Shown: positions 1 to 12,751, numbered from the stretch's first letter. The stretch is DNA of 64,000 nt from Octopus sinensis (GCF_006345805.1 NC_043003.1:53630001-53694000), one strand, 5' to 3'. A program made the numbers and translations. The notes: generated by a model not told the origin, from the sequence alone.

Positions 1-329
1 ACTGCATCATAAGGTTCTTTCCTCAAGCTCGTCGCCTTCATCCCAATGTGATGAAGAGCAGAAGATCCGGGACTGAAGCAACCAGAGGCCTGCAAAAAGG
101 AATCTGTCCATTAATGACTGGTATTGAGTCGTTTTTTTTTTTGTTTTTTTTTTGTTCCTCTGTGTTGCAAGTGGCAGCTCCCAGGTATATACATAATGTC
201 ATAAGGTTGGTTCTGCCGAATGTATTACAATAAGTGGGATCCCAAATTGAGAACTTACACCCACCCACTGAATGGTTACAGAGTTATACTATCTAGATGC
301 CTACCGTCACCAATGTCAAGGCACACAAG

Positions 330-830
330 TTCTAGCGGTGAAGGGAAACCAGCAGCTTTGAGGGACTTGCCATTTCACATTCAATGTTATTGAAAAGGAT
401 ATTATTAATTATGGCATAGCAAAGGAAACGTCCCATTGTAGAGACGAAAGTGCAGATGCTATAGAGCGGCATTCATGTGACGTACACATATGCAAACCAC
501 CATGATACAGAACAACTTTAATGTATATCCGCTCATCACCAAGAAAGGTACCTCACAATGAATCAATGAGGAGGGTATTGTGTTGCATCAGTTCTGCTGT
601 CTGGAGATAAACAAGACGGTGTTCGTGAAAGAATGAGTATATTAGGTTCTGATGTGTGAAAGGAAACGTTGTCAGCCAGAGCACGTGAGGAAAGGTAGGC
701 TGATAATATAACAAAACAAAGATGAAAATGTAAAACTGGAAGACATATATAGTGAAAGGACACTGACTGAGATATATTAATTCTGTGTTAAGTGTGAGTG
801 TAACTTTATGCAATAATCATAGTTTCATAA
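330..830 (+). mobile_element. Highly decayed piggyBac-like transposase C-terminal remnant
   Basis: Manual translation across frameshifts gives V-L-A-V-K, K-R-P-I-V-E-T-K and F-C-V-K-C-x-V-T-L-C-N-N-H, resembling the piggyBac catalytic C-terminal region and Cys-rich domain; many stops. Confidence 0.3.
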
Positions 831-918
831 GTTTCTTTAGCTTGCTTTAACCATAGAGCTAAATCCATACTGGAGCAAGAACATGTTTTTATGAATTGCT
901 GCCCTTATATATATATAC

Positions 919-1209
919 CATGTGAACGTGAACGACCAGGCTATCAGATGTTGCTACACATCGCTGGTCACAATGCGCTTCGCATTGTTTTAGCCTTCAA
1001 ATGACGCCACCCCGCTGGCTAAGCGAGCTGGCCAACAGAAGAAAGAGTGAGAGAAAGTTGTGGCGAAAGAGTACAACAGGGATCGCCACCATCCTCTGCC
1101 GGAGCCTCATGGAACTTTTAGATGTTTTCGCTCTCTAAACACTCGCAACGCCTGGTCTGGAAATCGAAACCGCGAGTCCGCTGCCCTAACCACTGGGCCA
1201 TTGCGCCTT

Positions 1210-1213
<4 letters not shown>
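919..1213 (-). mobile_element. tRNA-derived SINE (Arg-like head; OR-type octopus SINE-like)
   Basis: Reverse complement starts gtgaaggcgcaatggcccagtggttagggcagcggactcgcgg...tttcgatttcc (A/B boxes); body matches the copy at 28066-28358; ends in (TA)n. Confidence 0.85.
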
Positions 1214-1245
<32 letters not shown>

Positions 1246-1399
1246 CATACGTTAAACGATGATGATGATGTGGTGGGGTGGTATGAACAACAATAGGACA
1301 GGAATTATGTTATCACTTTCATTAGCTTACAACTGTTTCTAACCTACAGCTGATGCATCAGTTCAGCCAGTTTTAAGTTAACTATCCATGATAGAAAAA

Positions 1400-2580
1400 A
1401 GTGTTCCATTTCTAACCTATCCGACATAGCTAAAACAGATTACTAAAACCATTCTCTAATATGCCTTCACATTCTTCACACAATTAAATCTCATAACCCC
1501 AAGCTCACCAGTAGTTTACACACAGTTTTGCTGCAATAATGTTAGTGGAGAACCCTACATGGAGATACTCAACCACTTCAATCAACAAGGTAACTTTTAC
1601 CTCTTACAGCAGCATCTTTTAAGATTATCATCTGAAAAGCAAGAAATACTTTCATGCATCTTACACCCTACAAACTCTTCCAACTCCAATATTTTAGTTA
1701 GTTTTAGTTCCTTGCCAAGAAGACCCCTACTTATTTCATGGAATCCGCCAACCAATCTTTCCTGAATCAAGATGATGGTTTAGTAAGCATCAGTCCTTCA
1801 GATAAAGTTTCTATGTTGTACTGGCCACTTGCTTTGATTCTAAGCCTGCAACGCACACACTAATCAAGACTCCACAAAACTTACCTTACAAATCTACTCA
1901 TCTCAACTTCCACATACATGTAAGCATTATGAATAAAAACATCCCTGGTCACTTCACATTAATAATATCATTGTCCCTGTCAATGTCTTTTCCATCACCT
2001 TCACATATAGCACTCCCCAGCTTTTTCATATTTTCACCAGACACTTCAATCTTTCTTTCCAGGAATCTTTTTCAATCTTTGAAAACATGCTACAATATGT
2101 CCCATTTCCCTAGACAAGTAACATTTTTGATCATACCAATCTAGTGCATTTATTTCTAACATCTCAAAGGTGATGGCAACAGTTGCTAACAATAACCTCC
2201 TTCATCAACTTGAGTTTCTTTCCCTCTAGTTTTAGCAACAGCCTGCATGATTTGGTTAAACTAGCATTTGACTTGCGTATCAAATGTCTGAATAAGAACT
2301 TCCTTTCTAAACATCCCACTTATGGGTTTTATTTATCTTTGATCTCTTGGATTGGAAACTTCCTATCAGAATGCACTATCTCAGCTTTGTGCTGATGGGG
2401 CTCTCTCTTACCCACACTCTATCAACTCTAGTATGTACCAAAGCTTGGTTGTGCCATCCATATTCTTCCTCCTGTATATTAACAGTCTTTTTGCTATCAT
2501 TTCAAATGATACATACTCCCATCCATTTGAAACCACTCTTCACTCTTCTCAGGCCTTCCATGCACAAATGTTACTCACAT
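1400..2580 (+). mobile_element. Decayed CR1/L2-type LINE reverse transcriptase fragment
   Basis: Broken motifs resembling ISNISKVM.TV.NNNL and IFFLLYINSLF (RT ..LF.LYINDL region); no long ORF. Confidence 0.45.
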
Positions 2581-2995
2581 AGATGAAGTACTGAAGAACG
2601 ACCTCAAGAAACTGAACTTTTCAGGTGAGATGGCAAAGGACCGAGATACCTGGCACCTAGCTATACTCAAGAAGACCTGTACCCCACAGCAGAAGTGTTA
2701 AAATTGATCCTTCTTGTAGTGTAAAACACTTGTGGTGGTCCCACATAAAAGCGCCCATGCAGGGTCACGTGAAAGTGCCCACATGGTACCTCATAAAAAC
2801 AAATGTGCAGTGCCACATAAAACAACCAGTACACTCTACAAATTGGTTGGCATTAGGAAGGGCATCCAACCATAGAAACCATACCAAATCAGACTGGAGT
2901 CTGGTGCAGCTCCCCAGTTTGCTGGCTCTGGTCACACTGTCCAACCCCAACCCATGCCAACTTAGACAAGGGATTTTAAATAATGATGATGATGC
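2581..2995 (+). mobile_element. RTE-type LINE 3' end plus RTE-related tail ending in (GAT)n
   Basis: DEVLKNDLKKLNFSGEMAKDRDTWHLAILKKT, typical of an RTE C-terminus, followed by the ggaagggcatcca...aacccatgcc...gatgatgat tail repeated throughout the window. Confidence 0.7.
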
Positions 2996-5199
2996 AACCT
3001 CAAAACTGTACTTCCTCTATGAGTAGAAATCATTCTGTGAGGGGAAAATGAATCTTGTCTCTTTCATAGCACAAAGACCCAACTACTACTCTTTTAAAAG
3101 AAACAATCATACATTCCACCCTTCCTAGCCTTTAACAAGCAATTAAAACCTTCAAACTCACAACAAATGCTATGCCTTACAATCTCTGACGATCTTTGGT
3201 CTTTGCTAACAGCATCATACAACTAAAACTATATCCCAAAGATTAGTCTTTCTCTTCATAACAGGAAAACATTTCCATTCCGATTAGCTGCTGTCTTACT
3301 TGAAAGCTCAAGTAAGTGTCACGATAAAATACTGCTCCCATATCTAAGAGAGTATTGCTACTACACACACACAATATATATACATGTGTATATATATGTG
3401 TATGTATATAGCTTTATAAAGCTTGAAACACGTGTACCGTTACATCCTTTGTGTTCTGTTTTTGATTTCATTTGATACATATACCTTCTCACCTGTTACT
3501 AGTTCACGTATACAGGTGCTTACACTTATCAAGTATTCACCTTAAATTTGTGTATGTATATATATATATATATAATATGTCTATATATATATATTGTTAG
3601 TTCAAGAAAGTTATATCCTCATTAGGGATTATATAATCCAAGGTATTCCACTGGTTAATCCGTATCATATAATACAAAAGTCACTGATATATGTTAGGGA
3701 TTATTGAAATTATATATCATCAATGTTGAAGGAAAAATAAAATGGATAAAAAATGGATGTATAAGTCATTTGTATGTCATAAAATGATGAAAATTTCTTT
3801 TAAAAAACATAACAGTACAAATAGATTACATGTTGCAGAGCTTGGAAAATAGAATAAAGGAACTTGCATATGTGTTTCAGTCCTATCACTTAGTTGATCA
3901 GAAGTTCTAAGCATTTGGTTAAATGCCAAGAAAGGTATCATATTCTAACTATATGAGAGTAGGACTTCTTCAGGGTTAATTATGAGCTTATGGGACTCAC
4001 AATTAACCCTGAAGAAGCCCTACCCCCAATCACTATTGATTTTACACACACACACCCGCATGCACGTACACACACACATGCACACACATGCACACACATT
4101 AGTAGATGTATCCAAGAGAAACCAATTTACCTGATTGGTAAATATTCACACATCAGTACACAATAACCACTAGCCCATGGACATGCTGCATCTTCACTCT
4201 GCCTCATATACAGTTACTGTAATGACCCCCAGCTCCTCAGAACTAGCTAGCTGCATAACACTTACACTTCAATCCCTAGTAAAATAGCCATCCTTTCTCC
4301 TCTGCTCATCCATACTGTATTTCATCCACCTAGGTGCCACATTAAGCATTGTGTTCAGTCCTACATATTCAAGCCATCACACTTTCTTAAATTCTTTAGA
4401 CCCCCACAATCTTTTAACAATTATCAATTTAAACTTGAACACAAACACTACCAATGTTTCCAGTTTTCAATGATCTCCAAAAGTCATGGGCCCTCTTTCT
4501 TCCTCTAAACTAAAACATTTCAAAACCTACTATCACATATGTCTCATCAAATGAACGATAATAATACCATTCCAGTAATCACTTGCTAACTATAACAACC
4601 ACGTGACAAAAAATTCCCCAATTGTCTTTCAACCACTTGCCTACTGTCATCACAACTCATTCACACATAATCACCAAAACAAGAAAATGTACACAATACT
4701 TCAAGCTACATACCTACACTGAAATTGCAAGCAAACTTACTTATCAGCATTTTCCTAAATCAGTCACCAAAGTTTACACTACACAAGGTCATGGTTTATG
4801 TGTATCTCACATTTTATATTTCTCTCAACACACAATAAGTTCTAACTTACATGAATCAGACAATATTGTGTATTGATGGATGAATATTTATCAATAGGTC
4901 AGATGAGTGACATTTAGAAAACAGGAATACAAAAAAATACACAATTACAAAGCAAAGCCACATGTTTATTACAAATGGTTTGTAATAAGCATGTAGCTTA
5001 ACTTAGCTTCAGTTATAAGGCTCTTGATTTTTTAATTTTATATCCAGTTGGTTTCATCTTTCCTTTTTTATTCAATCCACTTAGAGCACTGAAACTGCAT
5101 TCCATCAAATAAGAAAAATGGGAAGGGTTAACAGCAGTTCTCTAGTCAAACGAGTTGAATTATGATAATTAGTCTTGATATCATCAGAGAACTACATCA

Positions 5200-5930
5200 G
5201 AGTTACTTTTACTTTGAATTAAGTTTTAACAGACACATAGATTTATATTTCAGATAATTCCTCTTGGTATAGCATTGGCTGAGTTTCATATCAGAAAATC
5301 TGCAAAATAAATCATAAGTCAGTATTTTCAAATGATTCACAATAGCAAGAATCATCAAATACCTCATGTTTATTTAACCAATACAGCTAGCTTTTTTTTT
5401 TTTTTTCAGAAATATTCTTTTGATGTAACTCCAGAAATATAATGAAGAATAAATGAACAAGGATTGTCCCGTGAAGTTCCATGAATTCAATAAATATATT
5501 CAGATTTTCAAAGATATCTTCAAGTCTATCAACTGCTACTAGGAGTTTCATTCAAGTTTTTCCTTTTACAAATCACTAAGAATATTAAATAGTTCCATGA
5601 ATCTTTTCAGACAGTTGCCTTTTTTCAGCCAGGTTCCATCTGTGAGAAACAATAATCTGACATTGTTGGTGTTTTTATCCTTTCAAAACTATTTTAAAAG
5701 ATGCTTATATTCAGTAATAGCTTTGACTATGTTGATACATTTTATTACTGAATTAACATTTCATTTAGAAATGAGGAAAACATTTAGGCAACTAAATTCT
5801 GACCAATTTAGATACCAAAAATACGAATAACACACTGCACAAGCAAAATTTTATGAGTTGTTATTCATCCATAATTTTGAACAGCCATTCTTCTTGTTCA
5901 TCAGGCAGATAAATGATCTAACAAACAAGA
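5200..5930 (-). mobile_element. hAT (Buster/SCAND3-like) transposase fragment, pseudogenised
   Basis: Minus strand reads VRLLFLT..TWLKKGNCLKRFMELFNIL (cf. hAT RWLSxG motif), then DIFENLNIF and MLYQEELSEI; stops and frameshifts. Confidence 0.7.
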
Positions 5931-6329
5931 TATCCTGTTTTCTGTTAGTATTTTACTCTTATCAGTAGTTATTGTACACATCCATGACACTAGTAGTGCA
6001 TTCTTATGACTTGCAAAGCATTATCATCATCAACATCATAGTTGTCATTATGATTAATATATCTCACTCATGCCAACAATAGAGGCTTACTCTTTCATGT
6101 GTCACCAGTACAATGATGAGGGGGATGATACAAAGACAGGTATAAAGTGTGGGATTTACATCAAATGGAATGATTTAAAAAAGAATACATAGTATCCAGT
6201 ATGAACAAAATGTAATGAATTCAAATATATATGGTATACAGCATTAGGAAACAAAAGAAGATGATGGTAATGCAATCCTCTTTAAACAGGACTTCTAGGA
6301 CCAGTTGAGGAACACTACCATCCAAGAGC

Positions 6330-7260
6330 TCCCTGAATACAAAGGGCAAGTGTCTTCTCCAATCTTTGCTCTTTAACTTATAAGTTTATACTTAGAGTGG
6401 CACCATCCATTTTTACTGTTTTTGCCACTTTCACCCACCTTTCAATGAATTAACAAAAGAACAGCACTCTCTCTCCACCTTCACTTGTCTTCTCAGGTGA
6501 AACATGAAATTCAGTGAGAGCTCTAGCAAAGAGGGAAATCTTTTTTTCATATCTTTCAACCTTAACCACACACGACCTCTTTCACTACGGCTACCAAGCA
6601 AAGGAAAAACTATTTTCCTTGCCCAGTTAAAGAAGTGCTATGAAGTAATCAATACTAGGGACTCTGCTGATAGTGGGGTCTGGCCTGATTTGACAGCAGT
6701 ATTCCATGTAACACTTCATGTCAGGACTGCCCAGACACTGACCAAGTGCATGCAGAACAGTTTTGTTGCTTTGCACATATCTCAGGGACAAACCCATCAG
6801 ATGGTAGTACCCCTTGGTAGCACTGCCAGGCCAAGGACTTCTAGAAATTACCCACGGTAGTCTCCAATTACAAAATCCTCTGGTACAGACTAACCAGTTT
6901 ATTTTTATCAATACCCTGAGTCTTCCCGAAAGAATGTCACTAGAGTGGAACATCCATCAATCTTGTTGTCCAACTGGCAGAGGGCAGTGAATGCCTGACG
7001 ACATTCTAAATGTCAAGCACCCATAGTTCTATTCAGTCGAGGATGACCAAAGACAAAATAACACCTACCTTATATACCCTAAACCCTCTGCTGAGAAACA
7101 CACCACCAGAGACAAGGGCAAAAGAACAACAACTGTTGCTATCCAATCAAGTCTATCTTGCTTGCTCCTACTTCAGCTACTATCAATACAGATTAAACAG
7201 TGAACAAACCAATAATAGAGCCTGTATTTGACTGCTTGACTTGCTACATACAGCAACCAA
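6330..7260 (-). mobile_element. L1/Tx1-like LINE 3' remnant (zf-RVT/CCHC region)
   Basis: ORF 6627-6953 contains QSNKTVLHALGQC (cf. C..C....ETV.H.L..C); downstream R.WVKVAKTVKMDGATL. Confidence 0.55.
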
Positions 7261-7486
7261 TTTCTTCAAATCACTGAACAATCTTTTCATAAAAAATACA
7301 TTGATAGCGTAGTCCCGGAAACACTATATCTGAAAAAAAAAATTGAGGTGGTCATGGTTAGAATGCCATTTATAATACATCTGCTTGATCTGGATTTACC
7401 TGGGATTGAACAACAACAGAATAGTGAAAAAATACGCAACTTGTCACCTGAAACACAGCACTTTTTATAATAAATCACTACATTCC

Positions 7487-8260
7487 AGGGTGCATAGAAT
7501 AATTATCTGCAAAGGCGTCATGCAGAGTATTCAGGTTAAATTTGACAGTTTGCATAAAAGAAAAAGAAAACAATATTCCATCCAAAAATATAAGTATTTT
7601 GAAAAATCAAAAAATGTCAACTAGATTATGGCTGGATGATGATAGTTTAATGAAAGTAGTTGCCTTCAGCTTCCACCACAGCTTCAAGATGGCTCTGGGA
7701 CCTGGTATATACATGCCTCACTATGTCCCTGAAAAGATCTTTGAACACATCCTTGATCTTGACTACCAGCCTAGGCTTGGTATTGCAGGCAGAGTGGTTG
7801 GTGTCATTCTCAACTGTGCTCCACCCATAGTAATCAATGAAGGAATTAGGAGGTCAGAAAATGGGGCTGTTGAAGTTGTAGAAATTCTCTAACTACCATT
7901 TCTCTTTCTCGGGGGTATGGCATGGAGCCAAGTCCTGCTGCCACACATACAGCCTTCCAGCAGCAATCGTCTCTAGCCAGAGATTGGCCACAGTCTCCAG
8001 CAGCTTCACATAGCTGTCTGAATTGAGCCTAAGGCTCTGTTCAAAGATGTGGAGATGAATTCCAGCATGCAAACAGTCAGAACACCTACTGTATCCCTCC
8101 CTGCTGACCATGGCTTTGTAGTCTCTATTGCAGCTGTCCATGTTACGCCTTACAGCCTTTACAGTGTTCACAAAGCAGTGAGCATCAATCCTGATGTAAG
8201 CGCTTTGATACCCAGTGCAAATCATTATGCAGATAACTCTTTTCCAATATTCAGATGGCT
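7487..8260 (-). mobile_element. Short Tc1/mariner element, maT (DD37D)-like transposase remnant
   Basis: LRLNSDSYVKLLETV..YVWQQDLAPCH (7893-8225), continuing F*PPNS..DYYGWSTVE and HLEAVVEAEGNYF; cagggtg terminus at 7487. Confidence 0.75.
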
Positions 8261-8399
8261 TCCAGTTCTCTATGTCAGATAACTATTTCTCAACTACAAT
8301 TTCAATCTTTATGCTCTTTCACACTTTCGTTACTGTATTTATTTTGAGATGCTCTGTGTTTCTTTCAATTACTTTAAATATAACAAAGAATTTAGTAAA

Positions 8400-8546
8400 A
8401 TAACTTTGTTATCATTCAACCAGTGTTAGGAACATAAATTGTGACTAAGGTTTTGTGAAAGATTTTAATTCAAAATTTATGAAAACAAGACCTTTGTACT
8501 ACAGAGCCAGAGCCGGTTTCAACTGGGTTGGTAACAAAAGGGTTAA
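8400..8546. mobile_element. Small TTAA-terminal MITE-like repeat
   Basis: Right end ggtaacaaaagggttaa; degenerate inverted copy at the left end (taactttgttatc). Confidence 0.4.
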
Positions 8547-8715
8547 AGCTGTTGACTATTCCCCTATACATCAAGCTGCTCCTGAAAAAGGGGAGACATA
8601 AAAAATCATCAAATTTAGTCCAAACACCCTGTATATTTGTGGATCACATCAAGTCATCTAACGATGTAAATATGCTTGAGTAGAGGTGACCTGAAGCTTG
8701 ACAACAACAACTAAC

Positions 8716-8898
8716 TTATTTTTCACAATTAGTTTGACTCCTGGAATTATTCTTTGTTGTGCACATAGTCATAAGCTGTATTTGTGCTAAGAACCAGCCT
8801 GTGACTATGTATACAACAATAATAAGACATTTGATGACAACTGTGGATTGAAACCAATTGAAATGTTGTGTAGATATAAATATTATAGACAAGCACTC
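8716..8898 (-). CDS. Possible terminal exon of an unidentified minus-strand gene
   Basis: Acceptor-like aatcttgtccttag, then an open frame ..CLSIIF..LIIVVYIVTGWFLAQIQL..CEK* in non-repetitive DNA; no homology recognised. Confidence 0.2.
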   Translation of the reverse strand, partial: ECLSIIFISTQHFNWFQSTVVIKCLIIVVYIVTGWFLAQIQLMTMCTTKNNSRSQTNCEK

Positions 8899-9252
8899 TA
8901 AGGACAAGATTAAGAGTTCAGAAAATTACATAATCTGATCTGAAAACTTTTAATAAAATACAGATGTACCCACAGATTAGAACACTGCTTACATATGTCT
9001 ATTTTCAAGAGAAAAAAATATTATTCACATGCTAATTAAATTCACATCAACACATTCAAGCCATTATCGAATCGGTAGTGTAGCTGGGATAGAGAAGGGG
9101 TGCAAAGGGGCAGTCCACTCTTGGCAATGTTTTTATGTGGGTGGCATTTCTGGGTCTGTTGTATAAGTCTGCTTAGGTTTGGGAGCCCAGATGGAAGATA
9201 GCAAACTCAAGAGCTACCCCAGGCAGCACACACTCTAGATCAAGCTGCTGAA

Positions 9253-9358
9253 TTAGTTTCTACCATCACTTGTCAGAACATTCAACACTCTTCTCTCTTC
9301 AATGACTGCATCATTGTATGATGCACTCCTTGACATGTATTTTTTTCTGACTAATAAC
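9253..9358 (-). CDS. Possible exon of an unidentified minus-strand gene
   Basis: Acceptor-like ttgatttattacag|G; frame LLVRKKYMSRSASYNDAVIEERRVLNVLTSDGRN*; no homology recognised. Confidence 0.25.
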
Positions 9359-9744
9359 CTGTAATAAATCAACCAGATACAATAGCTATGATATAAATAA
9401 TAACTGTGAATATAATGCAGTAGATTATTGAACACAGCCTTCAGTTCAAATGTTACTGCTACAGTCATTGTATTGTACATCTCTGCAAGGAATATAAATG
9501 TGTTTACCCCTGTCTGCTTAACCGACAAACAGCTTCTATTTTTTCATAATTCAGTGATTGACAGTAGAAGTAGCATCTATCTATTAAAATAAGCATTTGT
9601 ACATTATGCAAATCTACAAATATTAAGTGAACAAAGATAATGGATGTAAAACAGCAATAAAAAAAATTCTGTTCACAACTGCTCCACCTAATTCCTCTTG
9701 CTAGCTGCAAGGCCACTTCACTAGTACCAGAGACACAAAAAAAA

Positions 9745-9892
9745 AATCACCCAGTACTTGCTACAAAGTGCTTGATGTTAGGAAGGGCATCCAGCCATAG
9801 AAACCATGCCAAACCAGATAATGGTGTATGATACAGTCCTTGGACCCATCAAATCCTGTCGAACTTATACCAGCATGGAACATGGATGCTAA

Positions 9893-9923
<31 letters not shown>

Positions 9924-9925
9924 GT
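9745..9925 (+). mobile_element. RTE-related SINE/LINE tail with (GAT)n end
   Basis: ttaggaagggcatccagccatagaaaccatgcc...agcatggaacatggatgctaaatgatgatg; same family as 2720-2995, 16742-16920(-), 17480-17755, 41995-42237, 61185-61365 and 61790-62058. Confidence 0.75.
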
Positions 9926-10078
9926 GTCGTCAGTGGCAGCAGCAGTGGTGGTGGTAATGAAGTGAAGGATTGAACATTAATCACACTGACTTCTCCCTTC
10001 CCAGCCTAGGAGATCTGTAACTGATTAGCTGCGAATGATTATAAGCACCACCCACTCTTTTCAGACCAATTTAAAGTA

Positions 10079-10744
10079 CAGGGATTCCCCGACTTGCGCA
10101 AGTTCAACTTGCGCGAGCCAACTTTTGATACCGAGTGTTCAGGTTGCGTGAGTTGTATTCTCGACTTGCGCTTTTTGTAAAAATATTTATTATCCATGAT
10201 TGCATTGCCTTGTCTGTTATCTTGTTATCTATCCATCATTTCAAATATACATAAAGTAAAGATAATTGTGTTTGAGTAATTGATAATATGTTAGTTAAAG
10301 TTAATTTTCATTGTTTTATTTATTATTTAGCTTTACATTAAACTCTTCTTTTATTTGAGTCACCCTTCTCAGACGAGAACACTGACCGATGTATGCAAGT
10401 GCAAAGAAATTTGGAACATGGTTTTTCTTGTTATGAAAAAATGTTTGATCAACTGAATAAGTAAATTTATTTGCTATGTATTTTTCTATTTTCTGTTTAT
10501 AATCATTAAGCAATTTCTATTATTTTTTGTAATTTATATTCGTACAAAGCAGTCACCAATAAAAGTTTTTTGGTTTCAAATAGAAAGAAAGTTCATTCAA
10601 TACTTTCTCCAAGTGTTTCTTTAATATAACAATATTTAGCAGTTATCCCGGAACATATTTATAGAAAACAATATCTGGTACTCGACTTGCGCGAATTTCG
10701 AATTGCACGTCCCCCAATTACTCATGCAAGTCAAGGAATCCCTG
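10079..10744. mobile_element. pogo/Tigger-type non-autonomous element (MITE)
   Basis: TIRs cagggattccccgacttgcg / tgcaagtcaaggaatccctg; TA at left (TG at right); subterminal gacttgcgc repeats; AT-rich non-coding interior. Confidence 0.85.
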
Positions 10745-11029
10745 TGTTAACAAGCTAGTTGAAAAGGATGAATAAACCATTGTAATTTATAAGAACCACA
10801 ACGTGGTAGGTTGACCTGCTAGAAATAGCAGCCAAATCTGTCTCAAACCACACCTTACAATCTTAAAAAAAGGAACATGTTGGATAATTAGATAATGTTG
10901 TCCTAGGGTTCTCTGTATATATGAACAGGGAGGATAGTCATAGCAGGAATGCTTTTGTCTATGTGCTGCTAAATCAGAGTTGACAGCAAAACTATGACTT
11001 TACGCATTGGCTGGACACTCCATTATTTA

Positions 11030-11340
11030 CAACAATGAGTGTTCCAGTTGATTCCATCAGCAGAACAGCCTGCTCATGAAATTAATGTGGAAGTGGCTGA
11101 GTTCACCACAAACATATGTACCCTTAATAGCTCTCAAAGAGATTCAGTGTGACACACCGAATATGACAAGGGCGGGTCATTGGACTTATGGATACAACTC
11201 ATTTTTGCTAGCTGGGTATACTGAAACAAAGTGAAATAAAGTGTCTTGCTCAAGAACACAATATGCTACTTGGAATTGAACTCATAACCTTACAATCAAG
11301 AGCTGAATACACTAATCACTGAGCCATGTGCTTTCACACT
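11030..11340 (-). mobile_element. tRNA-headed SINE with conserved central domain (third family)
   Basis: Reverse complement tgtgaaagcacatggctcagtgattag...gagttcaattcc (A/B boxes), then gttcttgagcaagacacttt; a related tail occurs at 26750-26850. Confidence 0.7.
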
Positions 11341-11719
11341 TTTCACACTAGATACTTTATGTTTTTTGTGACTGAGCCCAATGGCTTGTAAGTGTTGACT
11401 CTGTTGTATTAAAACTTTACAGCATATCACATGAATGTGTCTTGTAATTCTTATCAGTTCTAAGTTCAAATCCAACAAGGCCCACTTTGCTTTCCATCCT
11501 TCCAGATTGTGATTAAAGTACCAATCAAGTACCAAGATTGATATAATCAACTATACATTCTCCTCAATCTCAGGCCCTGCACTCATATCAGAGTAATTTT
11601 TATCAATTTTCCTCTTAAACTAATTTTCTTCAAATTATCAACCCTACTTAGTTGCTGATTTTAGACAATATATCATACACGGAAACACTTGGCATTTTTT
11701 AGTTAGTTGTATTGTTTGT

Positions 11720-12751
11720 TATTTTTTGTTGTTACAAGGGGTTTTGTTGGTCCCTCACTCAATTATTCCCCACACATAATAATCAAGGGGATTGCAGTCT
11801 GGGAAATTAGGTGGCCAGATGTTAGGTGATGTGGTCACAGAAATTGTCTGACAGCCATGACTGGGTTCTCCTGCTTGTGTGGCATGGTGCAGAATCCTGT
11901 TGCCACACATAGGGTCTTCCAGTAGCCACCCTCTTGACTCAGGGCATCACTACCTCCTCCAGGCACTTGATGAAGGCCACCGTGTTGAGTGTGAGGCCTT
12001 GTGGGAAGGTGAATGGAGGCATTACGTCACTATCAATATGATCACTCCAAACACCATGATATTGAATGGATGCTTGATTTTTATCACTCTTGGTACATAT
12101 TTTGGGGACACAGAAAGCCAACAGTTGTTCTGTATTTTCACCATCTAATCTTGCAAGAAATTTTTTTTCATCTGAGAAAATCTAAAGCATGTTCGGTTGG
12201 AGGGGATGCTTGAGTATGTTAAAAAGCTTTGTAGCATGGTCTTTCCTCTTATCCTTGATGGCTTGGGATAAAAACTAGCCTTTTCTCATTTTGCATGAGG
12301 AATACTGAATGTCTTCATGCACTACCTGCCTGATAAGAAACTTAGACTCTCCCATATCCCTAGCAATGGACCTGATTGACTTGGAGGGATTGTTTTTGAT
12401 TATGGCCTGGATCTCACCAAAAAATTCAGGAGTTCTTTTCATATCAGAATGATCAGAGTGAGTTTACCAAGCTGTCATACCGTTATAAGCACCATTAGAC
12501 TCATCCATCTCTTTCCAAATATCTGCACTGTACTCAGATTGACACCCAAACACTTTGAAATGTTCATATTGGAGCTTCCAGTGTGAATGCAAGCAGTACA
12601 GCATGTCATTTCCAAATTTCTGGGAGAGTGAATTGTGTCATGGTGCTGTTTTCTCACAGATGGTGCCCAACTGCCCCTACTATACTGTGTAGTCAACAAA
12701 ATCCATGTGTGAAATTAAAACTATAAAATGGTAACAATTTATCCATTGCAC
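11720..12751 (-). mobile_element. Short maT (DD37D)-like mariner element
   Basis: DVMPPFTFPQGLTLNTVAFIKCLEEVV; terminal gtgcaatggataaattgttaccattttat matches the left end of the copy at 57050-57914. Confidence 0.8.

Noticed and set aside
1316-1372. Additional hammerhead on the minus strand (CTGATGC...GAAACAGTTGTA)
   Set aside because: A9 is mutated and stems are poorly paired; counted only as a relic.
3265-3311. Isolated + strand exon-like segment (ataacag| KTFPFRLAAVLLESS |gtaagt)
   Set aside because: Good splice sites, but no supporting neighbour exon in the window; could belong to an upstream gene and cannot be supported here.
5254-5442. Two attractive + strand terminal exons (IIPLGIALAEFHIRKSAK*, KYSFDVTPEI*)
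   Set aside because: The opposite strand reads as a continuation of the hAT transposase (MLYQEELSEI...), so these are better explained as antisense transposon sequence.
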